The notes below the pieces were generated by a model, which was given only the letters and a program-made list of their open reading frames with translations, did no database searches and had not been told where the DNA came from. 54,416 bases of DNA, taken from positions 1 through 54,416 of the forward strand of contig JAGVPT010000219.1 of NCBI GenBank assembly GCA_020052095.1. Direction: 5' to 3'. The position numbers and the translations under genes were made by a program. Below are positions 7,808 through 17,510 of the stretch, in pieces. The stretch is from Bacteroidota bacterium (GTDB lineage Bacteria > Bacteroidota > Ignavibacteria > UBA10030 > UBA8401). Each line of letters begins with the position of its first letter. Position 1 is the first letter of the stretch.

Positions 7808-10606
7808 TTATTTCAATAACATCATCTTCTTGATTTGTGAGAAGCTTCCCGCGCTCAAGCGATACAAGTAGACACCTGAGGCAACCTTATAGCCCTTAGC
7901 ATCGACGGCATTCCATGTTATGGTGTACCGTCCGGCGTTTTGCGCCGTTGCGACAAGCGTAGTGACTTCACGACCTGTGATGTCGTACACCTTCAGATCC
8001 ACGAAAGCGTTCTGAGGCAATTGGTACTCAATTGTCGTCGACGGGTTGAACGGGTTCGGATAATTCTGGAGCAAGTCGTATGTGGTCGGAATGTCTGAGA
8101 CCGTACCACCGACGCTTGTTACCGAATTAACCTTCGTCTCATTCAGTGAAACGTCCTGCAATTGAACGGAGATGTTCCCCGACGACTGCAACACCTCGGC
8201 CTCCACGGCAAGAATCTGTCCGCCGGCAACGAGGGCTTCAGCACTCGCCATCGCGATCAGAACCGAGCCGTCCTGAATGTTCGATTCGACGGCAAAGTCC
8301 TTTGTCAGGTTCGTGGTAATTACATTTCGAATCTTTAACGCTGTTGAATTATAGAGTAATTTCATTTCGGCTGAACGAAGACCGGCGAGGTTTTGGGGGA
8401 TGGAGATCGGGATCATCACGATCTGTCCGGCATTGCCACTTGCGGATGCAAGAATAATTGATAACGGTGCATCGCTCTTGCCGTCGGTATTCTGCAGCGG
8501 CGGCAACGATTGTTTCCATGGAAGATATGGAACCCTGCCCACTACATTCGCCAATATTAATCCTGCGTCAAACGCGTTCACCGCGAGTCCAGTGTGCGAG
8601 AGATTCACATCACCCGTAACGACCTGAACAGGTGTGAATTGGCGCAGCCTCACGACAAACTGTAAGATCCAAGAAGCGTCGAGGGCAGAAACCGTTCCAT
8701 TTCCCGTCACATCTCCCGTGCCGGCGTCAATTCCGACCTGACCGTTTGGATTGTAGCTTACGTCATCAACGTTTATCGACCAGGGCTTCGAACTGTCCGG
8801 AGCGAAGAACCAAACGGCATCAATAGAGACGCGGGGGCCTTTAATCTTTGGGCTTCCCGACGTAACTACCCAAGGCGTCCAGTGCGTGGAATCGCCTATA
8901 TTCCATTGATACAGATGCCACGAACCATCGCCCACAACAGGCAACCTCACCGACCGTTTGGTCGCAGGATCGCTCGGGTCATCGAGCCCGATTGCCACCA
9001 TTGTATGGGGGGGAGCGTTTCTCGTCCGCATCCAATATCCTACCCATCCCACTGCGCCGAGACTGTCGTTATTTGCGGTCGAACCGGTCCCGGAAAGCAA
9101 TCTCACTTCCCAGGGATTGACGGAGGCCGGATCATCCAGCAACGTCACTTCCAGCGAGCCTGTGCCGTTGAATGCCGCCAGAGGTGTTTGTTTCGCAGAG
9201 GACGAAGAACTGATGCCAACTGTGGAACCCGAAAAAGTCGGAACCTGATTGAAATGGCCGACGCCGGCGTCGAAATTATCCATAACTTTTACTGCGGTGC
9301 TCAACACCATGAAATCTCCGCTTTTCGTGGTCCACTTCGTGGGCGGCGTCGAAGGCGGGATGTACATGCGCACCCATTCACCACTTGGGTTGGCATAATA
9401 GATGTTGCCCAGAATGTCAATTCCGATGGAGTGGCTGCCGGAGGTGCTCGTCGCAGGCGTAAAGAGCTTTGTCGTAGTCTTGCCCGGAAAATCGAGCTTG
9501 AAGACTCCGCCATTTGCACCCCTAACTCTGCAGTAGATAGCGTCATCAGCGTTCGAAGCGAGATTGGCTCCGTGGAATAGATTGAGATGCGTAACGTTAT
9601 CCGGAAGCACAAGGGTATCCAGTTTGACGAATGTCGGCGATAATCGAACTACCTTCGTATAGCTGGCGGAAGACGTTCCAAACGAAATGTAAACGTATCC
9701 GGAGTCGTCCAACGCGACATCGCGCGTGTAGCCAGCCGCACCTGTACCCGTTGTGTCAACGACGAAGACGGTATCAATTGTCCCCGCAGGAAGTCTTCGA
9801 AGAACCACTCGGCCGTTTGCCATGAACAGTGTCGGGTCGCCGGCTCCATAAGCAAAGATGCCTTTCGGATCTTTGAATTTGCTGGTATCTTTGTGTGTCT
9901 GAATAAGGACGGTGTCACGATAAACGAAGATCGATTGCAGCGCCGAGCTCGTTACGTATTGTTGTCCATTGCGCGCGATGCTGATAAACCACGGGTCAAA
10001 ATCCGACGTCCCTTGAGGAAACAAAAATCGCGAGTATTCGGTGGCGAACGATCCGTTCGCGCGGGCCATGATCATACGCGCATAGCCGTAAGATGTGGTC
10101 GATTCAGTCATAATCAGATTACCAAACATCGGGCTCCCGGGGTCCTGGACCACTTCGATATCCCTGCTGGAAAGTCCTCCGCCGGAGAGAAGATACACAG
10201 AGTTTTGCCATGCCTGCACCCATCCAGTCGTCGAGTTGCCCGTGTCCGACGTGAAGACTTCGAAGGAATACCGGCCGGGAGAAACGAATTTCCCGGTGTT
10301 GTCCTTTCCATCCCATGAAACGCTATACTGTCCGGGGGCTACATTCGTAACGGTGTCGAGTGCCCGGACTCTTGCTCCTCCGGGGCCTCCGGCAAGTACC
10401 CATACCTCCACAGAATCTGCCCTACCGTTAAGGGCGAACCAAAGCCTCGCACCAGTTCCGTCGACAAAAGAACCATCGAATGATTTGGTCGAATCGGGGT
10501 CGCTGACACGCAAGCTCGAAGCATAGGTTCCCGCCTGCATCTCCGTGTTCAACCCGATCAGCAAAACCATGATTGCTGCATAGGTCAATACCAAATACTG
10601 TTTCAT
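7808..10606 (-). CDS. Secreted multidomain protein: FlgD-Ig-like, propeller-like, jelly-roll-like, dockerin-like, cohesin-like and T9SS C-terminal sorting domains
   Basis: 932-aa ORF with a signal peptide. FlgD-Ig-like YSVSWDGKDNTGKFVSPGRYSFEV. Two-segment dockerin-like GDVTGNGTVSALDASWILQFVV / GDVNLSHTGLAVNAFDAGLILANVVG (aa 629-690, nt 8537-8722). Cohesin-like aa 714-835 (nt 8102-8467). C-terminal sorting domain NYPNPFNPSTTIEY ... GVYLYRLSAGSFSQIKKMMLLK. Confidence 0.75.
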   Translation of the reverse strand: MKQYLVLTYAAIMVLLIGLNTEMQAGTYASSLRVSDPDSTKSFDGSFVDGTGARLWFALNGRADSVEVWVLAGGPGGARVRALDTVTNVAPGQYSVSWDGKDNTGKFVSPGRYSFEVFTSDTGNSTTGWVQAWQNSVYLLSGGGLSSRDIEVVQDPGSPMFGNLIMTESTTSYGYARMIMARANGSFATEYSRFLFPQGTSDFDPWFISIARNGQQYVTSSALQSIFVYRDTVLIQTHKDTSKFKDPKGIFAYGAGDPTLFMANGRVVLRRLPAGTIDTVFVVDTTGTGAAGYTRDVALDDSGYVYISFGTSSASYTKVVRLSPTFVKLDTLVLPDNVTHLNLFHGANLASNADDAIYCRVRGANGGVFKLDFPGKTTTKLFTPATSTSGSHSIGIDILGNIYYANPSGEWVRMYIPPSTPPTKWTTKSGDFMVLSTAVKVMDNFDAGVGHFNQVPTFSGSTVGISSSSSAKQTPLAAFNGTGSLEVTLLDDPASVNPWEVRLLSGTGSTANNDSLGAVGWVGYWMRTRNAPPHTMVAIGLDDPSDPATKRSVRLPVVGDGSWHLYQWNIGDSTHWTPWVVTSGSPKIKGPRVSIDAVWFFAPDSSKPWSINVDDVSYNPNGQVGIDAGTGDVTGNGTVSALDASWILQFVVRLRQFTPVQVVTGDVNLSHTGLAVNAFDAGLILANVVGRVPYLPWKQSLPPLQNTDGKSDAPLSIILASASGNAGQIVMIPISIPQNLAGLRSAEMKLLYNSTALKIRNVITTNLTKDFAVESNIQDGSVLIAMASAEALVAGGQILAVEAEVLQSSGNISVQLQDVSLNETKVNSVTSVGGTVSDIPTTYDLLQNYPNPFNPSTTIEYQLPQNAFVDLKVYDITGREVTTLVATAQNAGRYTITWNAVDAKGYKVASGVYLYRLSAGSFSQIKKMMLLK

Positions 10607-10961
10607 GGAAAACCTCCTCGTTAGTGTTCCGAGTTATTGGGTGAATTATATAGAAAAAAAATTGATTTCTGAATTTGAGACACTATTTCGTATGTCATCA
10701 AAGGCGCAGAAAAAAAGTTGAAAAATTATTTGAAATTCGTGTGTGTGGAAAGGGGCAAAGATGAAGCAAAGGTTAAGCGAAATGGTAGTAACAAAATCTG
10801 CATGTGTCCTCCATACAATCTATAGAATTAGAGAGAAGAAGAATTCCTTCACGCTGTAGGCTTTTATTGTAAGAGAGCAGTTTAAGAGTAACGCTGTAGA
10901 GCTACCAGTGAGACGTGCAGCATGAACAATTGAATATGAATAATCCGAATTTAAAAAGCAA

Positions 10962-13343
10962 ATGAAAAATTTAATGTTAAATCTTCTCAGCAGCCTTGTT
11001 TCTTTTTCGATTAGCTTGTATATTTGCCTTAGGTGTTCGAATATCCCACTGTTCAGGCTGTTCTACGATGTTCAACTATTCATCCATCGACTAAAATTCT
11101 TGCTTCTCACGTACTTTCATAGAGCTTCCTGTCGTAGTATTGTCTTTATTTGCATCGGTATGATTGCAGTTTCGCATTGCGGGATGGGATTGCTCAACGC
11201 GCAGTCGCTCGGAAAAACAGCGGACGATGACGGAACGAAGTACACTACTATCGGCAACCTTGGCATGACAATTACAAATTACGGAACGCTCGGCACCGGA
11301 TTTCTGACGTGGCCCACGCAGCCGTCGTGTGAATACCCGCGCGGCTCGCGCATTGAGCATTTGTTTCTCGGCGGCATTTGGGTTGGCGGAATATTGCACA
11401 ACGAAGGCGTGCCTCATGTCTCAACAGCTGCTGTTGACATTGGTACGGTGAAACGTTTGGCCGAAGGTTTTGAGATGACAAATGAGGTCGGATCATCAAT
11501 CCTACAGCGGTCATCACTGCCGGGAGATAGATTTTTTGACACATCGGCTGTCAGTCATCAAGATTTTCTGATGGATTTTACCGACCGCTACACTCGCAAC
11601 CCGCTTTCGGGGGATTCAATTCCAAACCACCAGCCGCTTGGCGTCACCATTCATCTTGAAAGCTATGCGTGGAATTTTCCCTTTGCCGATTTCTTCGTCA
11701 TATTGAATTACACAATCAAAAATGCGAGTAAGGACGTGATTGACGGATTGTACGTCGGGTTGTGGAGCAATGGCGTCGTTCGTAATACAAATCTTACTGG
11801 AAATCCACGCGGACGGGATTTCTACAATCACTCCGCTAAAGGATATGTTGATAGCCTTCGGTTGGGCTACACGTTTGATTATGACGGACAGCCATACGGA
11901 CCGGCTGCAAACAGTTACTATGGCGCGAAGCTGTTAGGAGCTGTGCCGTTTCCATTAAAGCGTGATTCTCTTGGCAACTATTTACCCAACTCGCCGATTG
12001 ATTCCCTCACCGATTTGCACAAGGACACCTATTACAACGGTTGGAAGTTCAACAACAGGTCGGGGAACACAAAAGCATATTTCTTTCCCACCGACGACAA
12101 CAACCCTGGCGATCCTTTTCTTGGAAAATATCAGCGACTCTCGACCCCAATGCCGAAACCAAATATTGAAGCGCTCGGTACGCCGGCAAACAAAGTAGTC
12201 TCAGACGGAATTACTCCCGGCGAAGCTCCGGGAAGTATGACGGATTTGGTTTCCGTCGGTCCGTTTAAATCGTTGGCACCCGGCGACAGCGTGCAAGTTG
12301 TGTTTGCAATTGTCTGCGCAAAAAAATCCGGTACGGGGGCAGCAGCCGACGACTACAAAAATCAGGCGCTTCGTAAGACACTTTATTCAAATGCAGGCTG
12401 GGCACAGCAAGCCTACAACGGCGAAGACTTGAACGGCAACAACAGGCTTGACCCGGGTGAAGACATTAACGGTGACGGCAATCTCAATCGCTTTACCCTG
12501 CCGCAGCCGCCTCGTCAACCACGGGTGAGAACAGTTGTCGAAAATCAGAAGGTGACAATCTACTGGGACCGGGCGCAAGCGGAAGAAAGCTTTGACCCGA
12601 TAAGCCGGAAGTACGATTTTGAAGGATACAGAATTTATCGCTCCAATCCCGGCGCAGATGTTCAGAACCAAGCTAATTTTCTCTTCTCAATGCAGCTCAT
12701 CGGTGAATTTGATAAGAAGGACGGCATCGGTTATGATGAAGGACTTGACACGACGAATATCAAGTTGAAGACACCGATGAGATTTCCTGGAGACACGGTC
12801 GAATATTGGTACCGTTATCCGCCGGTGAATGACAACATCACCACACTGAACGGGTGGCAATATTTATACGGCGTCTCCGCGTTTGATACCGGCGACTCGG
12901 CAAACGGACTGTCGAGTTTGGAAAGCGCGAAAATAATTCGGCGAGTTGTTCCCGGCGTTCTTCCAACCTCGGATAAAAATATAGAGATTGGTGTGTATCC
13001 GAATCCGTATTATGCCGGCGCTGCATGGGACGGCGGAACCGAGCGGACGAGAAAAATTTATTTCTACAATTTACCGGCATTGGCTGACGTGAAAATTTAC
13101 ACGCTGTCCGGCGACCTTGTTGCGGAATTTCGACACGATGCCTCGACGTACAACGGTAGCGGAATAAAATGGTTCGATGATTTTTCCGGATTGCTGGCGT
13201 CGCCGCAGTTTGCCGGAGGTGAGCATGCGTGGGATTTGATCACGAAGTTTGACCAGGCAATCGCGACCGGTTTGTATTTGTTCACAGTGAAAGACATGGC
13301 AACCGGCGACGTGAAGCGCGGCAAATTTGTCATCGTGAAGTGA
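10962..13343 (+). CDS. Secreted protein of unknown function with an acidic Ca-binding-like repeat and a divergent FlgD-Ig/T9SS-like C-terminus (start codon uncertain)
   Basis: 793-aa ORF. The first ~65 aa look like an over-extension, and a signal-like segment IGMIAVSHCGMGLLNAQS follows. DLNGNNRLDPGEDINGDGNLN resembles thrombospondin-type-3/EF-like Ca sites. The C-terminus (VKIYTLSGDLVAEF ... GLYLFTVKDMATGDVKRGKFVIVK) mirrors the last strands of the canonical sorting domains elsewhere in this window. Confidence 0.6.
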   Translation: MKNLMLNLLSSLVSFSISLYICLRCSNIPLFRLFYDVQLFIHRLKFLLLTYFHRASCRSIVFICIGMIAVSHCGMGLLNAQSLGKTADDDGTKYTTIGNLGMTITNYGTLGTGFLTWPTQPSCEYPRGSRIEHLFLGGIWVGGILHNEGVPHVSTAAVDIGTVKRLAEGFEMTNEVGSSILQRSSLPGDRFFDTSAVSHQDFLMDFTDRYTRNPLSGDSIPNHQPLGVTIHLESYAWNFPFADFFVILNYTIKNASKDVIDGLYVGLWSNGVVRNTNLTGNPRGRDFYNHSAKGYVDSLRLGYTFDYDGQPYGPAANSYYGAKLLGAVPFPLKRDSLGNYLPNSPIDSLTDLHKDTYYNGWKFNNRSGNTKAYFFPTDDNNPGDPFLGKYQRLSTPMPKPNIEALGTPANKVVSDGITPGEAPGSMTDLVSVGPFKSLAPGDSVQVVFAIVCAKKSGTGAAADDYKNQALRKTLYSNAGWAQQAYNGEDLNGNNRLDPGEDINGDGNLNRFTLPQPPRQPRVRTVVENQKVTIYWDRAQAEESFDPISRKYDFEGYRIYRSNPGADVQNQANFLFSMQLIGEFDKKDGIGYDEGLDTTNIKLKTPMRFPGDTVEYWYRYPPVNDNITTLNGWQYLYGVSAFDTGDSANGLSSLESAKIIRRVVPGVLPTSDKNIEIGVYPNPYYAGAAWDGGTERTRKIYFYNLPALADVKIYTLSGDLVAEFRHDASTYNGSGIKWFDDFSGLLASPQFAGGEHAWDLITKFDQAIATGLYLFTVKDMATGDVKRGKFVIVK

Positions 13344-13367
13344 AAGAGTGTTTTTATCAAAAGTAAC

Positions 13368-13387
13368 AGCCCCGCTACAGCGGGGCT
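13368..13387 (+). terminator. Intercistronic GC hairpin (attenuator or stability element; no U-tract)
   Basis: AGCCCCGC (13368-13375), loop TACA, then GCGGGGCT (13380-13387). It lies between the 793-aa and 754-aa genes. Confidence 0.35.
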
Positions 13388-13420
13388 CAAGTTATAATCA
13401 AAAATTACAAGGAGGAAAAT

Positions 13421-15685
13421 ATGAGAAAGCTTTTAGTGTTGGTGTGTGTTGCGATGATTGGATTGGCGAACGCATTTGCGCAAACTTATCCCATCCGGAC
13501 GCTTGTAGATATTCAAAAAGTTCCGCTCGACTCGCTGAAGGTTGCCGATTCACTCGGCATAGGCGCGAACGCGCGCTGGACATTGCAAATATCTCCTTTA
13601 ATGAATGATACAGTGACTGTGGTTGTTCTTGTAACTGTTCCACCTCGATTGATTACGTACACCGCAGGCGGAAGAACACTTGCAGTTGTTGATACCGGTG
13701 TGCTCGGCACACAGCCGTGGAGCGGGATTCTTGTGAGACTTTCTTCTGATTCTGCAACTGCAGACGCGGATGGCTTTTTCAACATTGAGCGAGGCGATAT
13801 TGTGAAGATGACGGGACAAATTCAGGAATTCCCGTCACCAAACAGCATGAATAGTCTTACCCAATTTGCGCCAATTCCAGGAATACAATTTGAAATCCTT
13901 TCCTCCGGTAACAAACTTCCTCCTCCCACTCCGAAGACTCTCGCCGATTTCAATATTGGGCCCAATCCCAATGGCAAAGTGATGTTCTCAACTGGTGAGC
14001 CGTTTGAAGGTAAAGAGGTAGTTTTCACAAATTTGACCGTTGGTCCTGCAGTAAATACCTCGCGCGGTACGTTCACCGTGTCTGATGCCTTGGGAAACAC
14101 GATGTCCGATTACGATTGGTCGTTCCATTTTTCACTTGGTCATGGGGGCACCGAGCTTATCGCAGGTGATCCGAATTACAAAGTGCCACCCGCAGGGACA
14201 AAGATTGACACGATACGAGGTTACATTTCTACTTCATCCGGTGGTGAGTCTACAAGAGGTTACAGGATTTGTCCGCTTTTTGTCGGCGACATAGTGTTCG
14301 GGAAAGTGGCTCCGGGAATAACGACACATCGTCGTAATCCTGTTATTGTCTCAAAAGATAGTTCGCCAATCATATCAGCGAAAGCGTTCAAGCAAACATT
14401 CGGTGCTGCCGGAGGAAGTTTGGCAACGGTGAAATTAGTTTACAGCGTGAACAACGGCGCATGGCAGGAAATTGTGATGGCTGCGACGCAGGTGACCGTT
14501 GATTCTACATACAAAGGCACGATACCTGCTCAGGCGGCGGGTAATACAGTCCGCTATTTCGTCAAAGTAACAGACTCTACAAATCAGGTGACAATGCTTG
14601 CCAACAGTGGCTCGCTTACTCAGTATGACACTTCAAAAGGATTCTTCTTCTACAAGTCCTTGGATCGGTCGGCTCAAAAATTGTTGTCGATCCGGGATAT
14701 TCAATACACCCCTTATCTCAACGGACGAAGTCCGTATGTTGGCGGAATTGATTCAGTCGGTGGCATTGTTACGGCAGATACGGCAAGTTTGCGCCTATCT
14801 CCGATTAGTACCGGCTCTGCAGGAACGAACGCATTCTACATCCAGAGCACGAACGCGCCGTGGAGCGGCTTGTGGCTTTCGGATACGGGTTCCGTGTTGT
14901 TGAAGCTCGGATTGAAGAACGGCGACAGTATCGTGGTCGCTGGCACGGTGGCTGAGAATTTTGATGTCACTCGCCTTGAGCGCATCACGTCATCGCGAAT
15001 CGTCTCAAGAAATAATCCGCTGCCCACGCCTGTGAAAATGAATACAGACGTATTCGGGGTTGCTGCGGCAAACGGAAATCTCAATGCGGAGCCTTACGAA
15101 GGAATGCTGGCGCAATTTGATTCGGTAGTTCTCACAGCATTATCGCCAAATTTTGATCAGCCGACTGAGTACGAAGTGAACAATAGCTCAAGCCCGATAC
15201 TTGTTCGACGAGACGGAAGAAATACCTATACGAACGATACAACCGCTGGACTCATTCAACTCAAGCTTGATACCAAGATTAAGTCGTTGATGGGAATAAT
15301 ATATTACAATAACAGTCGGTACAAAGTTGTTCCTCGTACTAATGCCGACTTTGTCGGGGTGCCGCTTGGCGTGAAAGTCAATCGCGAAGACTTTTTGCCG
15401 AAGCAATTCGCGCTCGACCAGAATTATCCGAACCCGTTCAACCCGGCAACGACAATTCGCTTCAGCATTCCGACCGAAGCAAAGGTGACGCTGAAGATTT
15501 ATAACGTTCTTGGTCAGGAAGTTGCGACGTTGTTGGACAACAATCAGTCGGCGGGAACGTACAGTGTTCGGTTCGATGCGTCATCGCTTGCAAGCGGTAT
15601 GTACCTCTACCGCATTACCGCTCAACGAGTTGAGTTGTCAACCGGTCAGTTTGTGCAAGTGAAGAAGATGTTGTTGGTGAAATAA
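13421..15685 (+). CDS. Secreted protein of unknown function with a canonical T9SS C-terminal sorting domain
   Basis: 754-aa ORF with RBS AAGGAGG 7 nt upstream and signal peptide MRKLLVLVCVAMIGLANAFAQ. Two modules resemble the OB/beta-sandwich modules of ExeM/NucH-type surface proteins (GFFNIERGDIVKMTGQIQEF; NGDSIVVAGTVAENFDVTRLE). Sorting domain: NYPNPFNPATTIRF ... GMYLYRITAQ ... VQVKKMLLVK. Confidence 0.7.
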   Translation: MRKLLVLVCVAMIGLANAFAQTYPIRTLVDIQKVPLDSLKVADSLGIGANARWTLQISPLMNDTVTVVVLVTVPPRLITYTAGGRTLAVVDTGVLGTQPWSGILVRLSSDSATADADGFFNIERGDIVKMTGQIQEFPSPNSMNSLTQFAPIPGIQFEILSSGNKLPPPTPKTLADFNIGPNPNGKVMFSTGEPFEGKEVVFTNLTVGPAVNTSRGTFTVSDALGNTMSDYDWSFHFSLGHGGTELIAGDPNYKVPPAGTKIDTIRGYISTSSGGESTRGYRICPLFVGDIVFGKVAPGITTHRRNPVIVSKDSSPIISAKAFKQTFGAAGGSLATVKLVYSVNNGAWQEIVMAATQVTVDSTYKGTIPAQAAGNTVRYFVKVTDSTNQVTMLANSGSLTQYDTSKGFFFYKSLDRSAQKLLSIRDIQYTPYLNGRSPYVGGIDSVGGIVTADTASLRLSPISTGSAGTNAFYIQSTNAPWSGLWLSDTGSVLLKLGLKNGDSIVVAGTVAENFDVTRLERITSSRIVSRNNPLPTPVKMNTDVFGVAAANGNLNAEPYEGMLAQFDSVVLTALSPNFDQPTEYEVNNSSSPILVRRDGRNTYTNDTTAGLIQLKLDTKIKSLMGIIYYNNSRYKVVPRTNADFVGVPLGVKVNREDFLPKQFALDQNYPNPFNPATTIRFSIPTEAKVTLKIYNVLGQEVATLLDNNQSAGTYSVRFDASSLASGMYLYRITAQRVELSTGQFVQVKKMLLVK

Positions 15686-15695
15686 TTTTCTCAAT

Positions 15696-15728
15696 AACCC
15701 TTCAAGGTCTATAAGACCTTGAAGGGTT
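15696..15728 (+). terminator. Perfect 14-bp intercistronic hairpin (partial terminator or processing site)
   Basis: AACCCTTCAAGGTC (15696-15709), loop TATAA, then GACCTTGAAGGGTT (15715-15728), followed by CTTCGTTTCC. It sits 12 nt before the next start codon. Confidence 0.4.
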
Positions 15729-15740
15729 CTTCGTTTCCGA

Positions 15741-17510
15741 ATGAAAAAATCTTTCGTTCATATTGTTCTGCTCACGCTCGGCATTCTCTTCGGAAGTTGC
15801 TCAAAGCATTACCCCGACGAGCCAAAACCGAATGGACTTCCGACAACTCGATTGTGGGTCTCTTCCGATACGTCATCAACGCTGGGTGAGACGTTTTCTC
15901 GCCAGCATTTGTATTGGTATGGCGAAGACCCTGACGGTAGAGTTGCAGGCTACTTATTGGCGGTCGGTAACTACACGCCGGTGTTGAAGAGGCTGCCTTC
16001 GCCAGACATGTTGAGATACGTTTGGACGACAAAGACCGATTCAATTGTCGCGCTGCCGTTGCTGCAGAAACGGGATACCTTTACCGTTGTCATTCGCGCA
16101 GTTGATAATCATTTCGAGTCCGCTTCAATTCCCAATGGTACACAAATTCGTTTGTTTCCTCAGCCGTTTTGGGATAAAGATACGAACGGTGTGTTCAGCG
16201 GCAGCGATGTTTCGTTGCCAACGCTCTCTGGCGCTGTGGACCCCAAGGGCGCAATCCAGCCGTTCCCGATTCGCAACACACCGCCGAGAGTGCAGTTTGC
16301 GGCAAACCCTGTTGATTCTGCCACCATTGAAGAGCCAGAGACGACATATACCGTTGCGTCTTTTTCGTGGGTAGGAACTGATGACGACGGCAACAATACG
16401 ATTGTCTCGTATAGAATCGCGCTAAACGATACAACGACTCCAAATAGCTGGTTCACATTGAATGGAACAACGAATCTCATTACGCTCGCTGTGCCTCGTT
16501 CCGTAAGCGATGCAGCATCGGACACAGTGAGTGCAGATGTGTACACCGGTACTTTTCCAAGCTTGCAGTATAAAGGCAAAATTTCAGGTTTGCGGTTAGA
16601 TAAATTAAATGTCTTGTTTTTGCAAGCTAAAGATATTGCGGGTGAGTATAGTCTGGCGAGAACAATGCCATCAACTGCCAAAAAGTGGTATGTGAAAAAG
16701 CCGAAAAGCAGAATGTTGGGAGTTGTTGACTTTAGCGATCAACGGCTTGACAAAAATGACATCACCAAGTTTTATAGAAACGTTCTGTCGGATAATAGCA
16801 TTCTCGATGGACAATTAGGTTCGTTTGATGTACTCGATATCGGATATGGTCTGACTGATAATGAGAAAAAATTCCAAACTATCAACCAGAAGTACGGGAG
16901 CTATGTTCCGGGAGCTATGAATCCGGCATTCATCTTAACGCTGAAACTGTTTGATGTAGTGTTTTGGTTCAGTGATCTTTCTCCCAGCATCAAGCCGGCA
17001 CAAGTTGGGTTATTCAATTATACATTAGGGGGAGGCAAGGTTATTTTCAGCACAACATTTGCGTCGAGTCTTGTGTACGGTGATATTCGAGCGTTAAATG
17101 ATTTTGCTCCGCTTGACAGTATAACGAGTGATGCTGTATCAACAACCCAAGACTCCACGAATGCTGAAAGCAGAATTCCTGTTGGTACGTATGTTCAGCC
17201 GTTTAATCCCTCGGATGGATACCCCTCTCTCGCGTTTGATAGTTTGGATGTGAAGGGACAGCCTATGGCAGGACTTTATCACAATTTGACGATGCGGCGA
17301 GTATACAAACGTGCGGATTCCAAATATATTTATCAACTCGAGCCGGCAAAAGGCGGCGCCCGATACAAAGGGACACCCGACGTTGCTGTCATCGACAATG
17401 CAAAGCGGTTTGTGCTCATCGCGCTGCCGCTTCATTTGCTTAACGGCAAACAGCGGAACCTTTCTGCATTTTTCAGAAAAGTTATTGTGGATGAATTTGG
17501 CATTAGGTAA
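15741..17510 (+). CDS. Probable surface lipoprotein of unknown function
   Basis: 589-aa ORF with a lipobox-like signal (MKKSFVHIVLLTLGILFGSC). Two repeats have the pattern W-x-G-x-D-x-D-G (LYWYGEDPDGRVAGY; FSWVGTDDDGNNTIVSY), typical of Ig/FN3-like modules. I recognised no catalytic motif. Confidence 0.6.
   Translation: MKKSFVHIVLLTLGILFGSCSKHYPDEPKPNGLPTTRLWVSSDTSSTLGETFSRQHLYWYGEDPDGRVAGYLLAVGNYTPVLKRLPSPDMLRYVWTTKTDSIVALPLLQKRDTFTVVIRAVDNHFESASIPNGTQIRLFPQPFWDKDTNGVFSGSDVSLPTLSGAVDPKGAIQPFPIRNTPPRVQFAANPVDSATIEEPETTYTVASFSWVGTDDDGNNTIVSYRIALNDTTTPNSWFTLNGTTNLITLAVPRSVSDAASDTVSADVYTGTFPSLQYKGKISGLRLDKLNVLFLQAKDIAGEYSLARTMPSTAKKWYVKKPKSRMLGVVDFSDQRLDKNDITKFYRNVLSDNSILDGQLGSFDVLDIGYGLTDNEKKFQTINQKYGSYVPGAMNPAFILTLKLFDVVFWFSDLSPSIKPAQVGLFNYTLGGGKVIFSTTFASSLVYGDIRALNDFAPLDSITSDAVSTTQDSTNAESRIPVGTYVQPFNPSDGYPSLAFDSLDVKGQPMAGLYHNLTMRRVYKRADSKYIYQLEPAKGGARYKGTPDVAVIDNAKRFVLIALPLHLLNGKQRNLSAFFRKVIVDEFGIR

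Noticed and set aside
10962-11160. The first ~65 codons of the 793-aa ORF (MKNLMLNLLSSLVSFSISLYICLRCSNIPLF...) might be a genuine N-terminus.
   Set aside because: The composition is AT-rich, intergenic-like and Leu/Phe/Ser-rich. A signal-peptide-like segment only appears near aa 65-80. The true start is probably internal but cannot be fixed by eye, so I reported the full ORF with a caveat.
13368-15728. The intercistronic hairpins at 13368-13387 and 15696-15728 might be full terminators splitting the six-gene cluster into separate operons.
   Set aside because: Neither is followed by a U-tract, and the downstream genes start within 12-33 nt without recognisable promoters. They are more likely processing, stability or partial attenuation elements. 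I kept them as low-confidence features.
17311-17490. The N-terminal 60-aa extension of the TonB receptor ORF given in the track.
   Set aside because: The extension overlaps the last 200 nt of the upstream lipoprotein gene and has no signal-peptide character. ATG 17491 gives a proper signal peptide followed by the CarboxypepD_reg-like domain.
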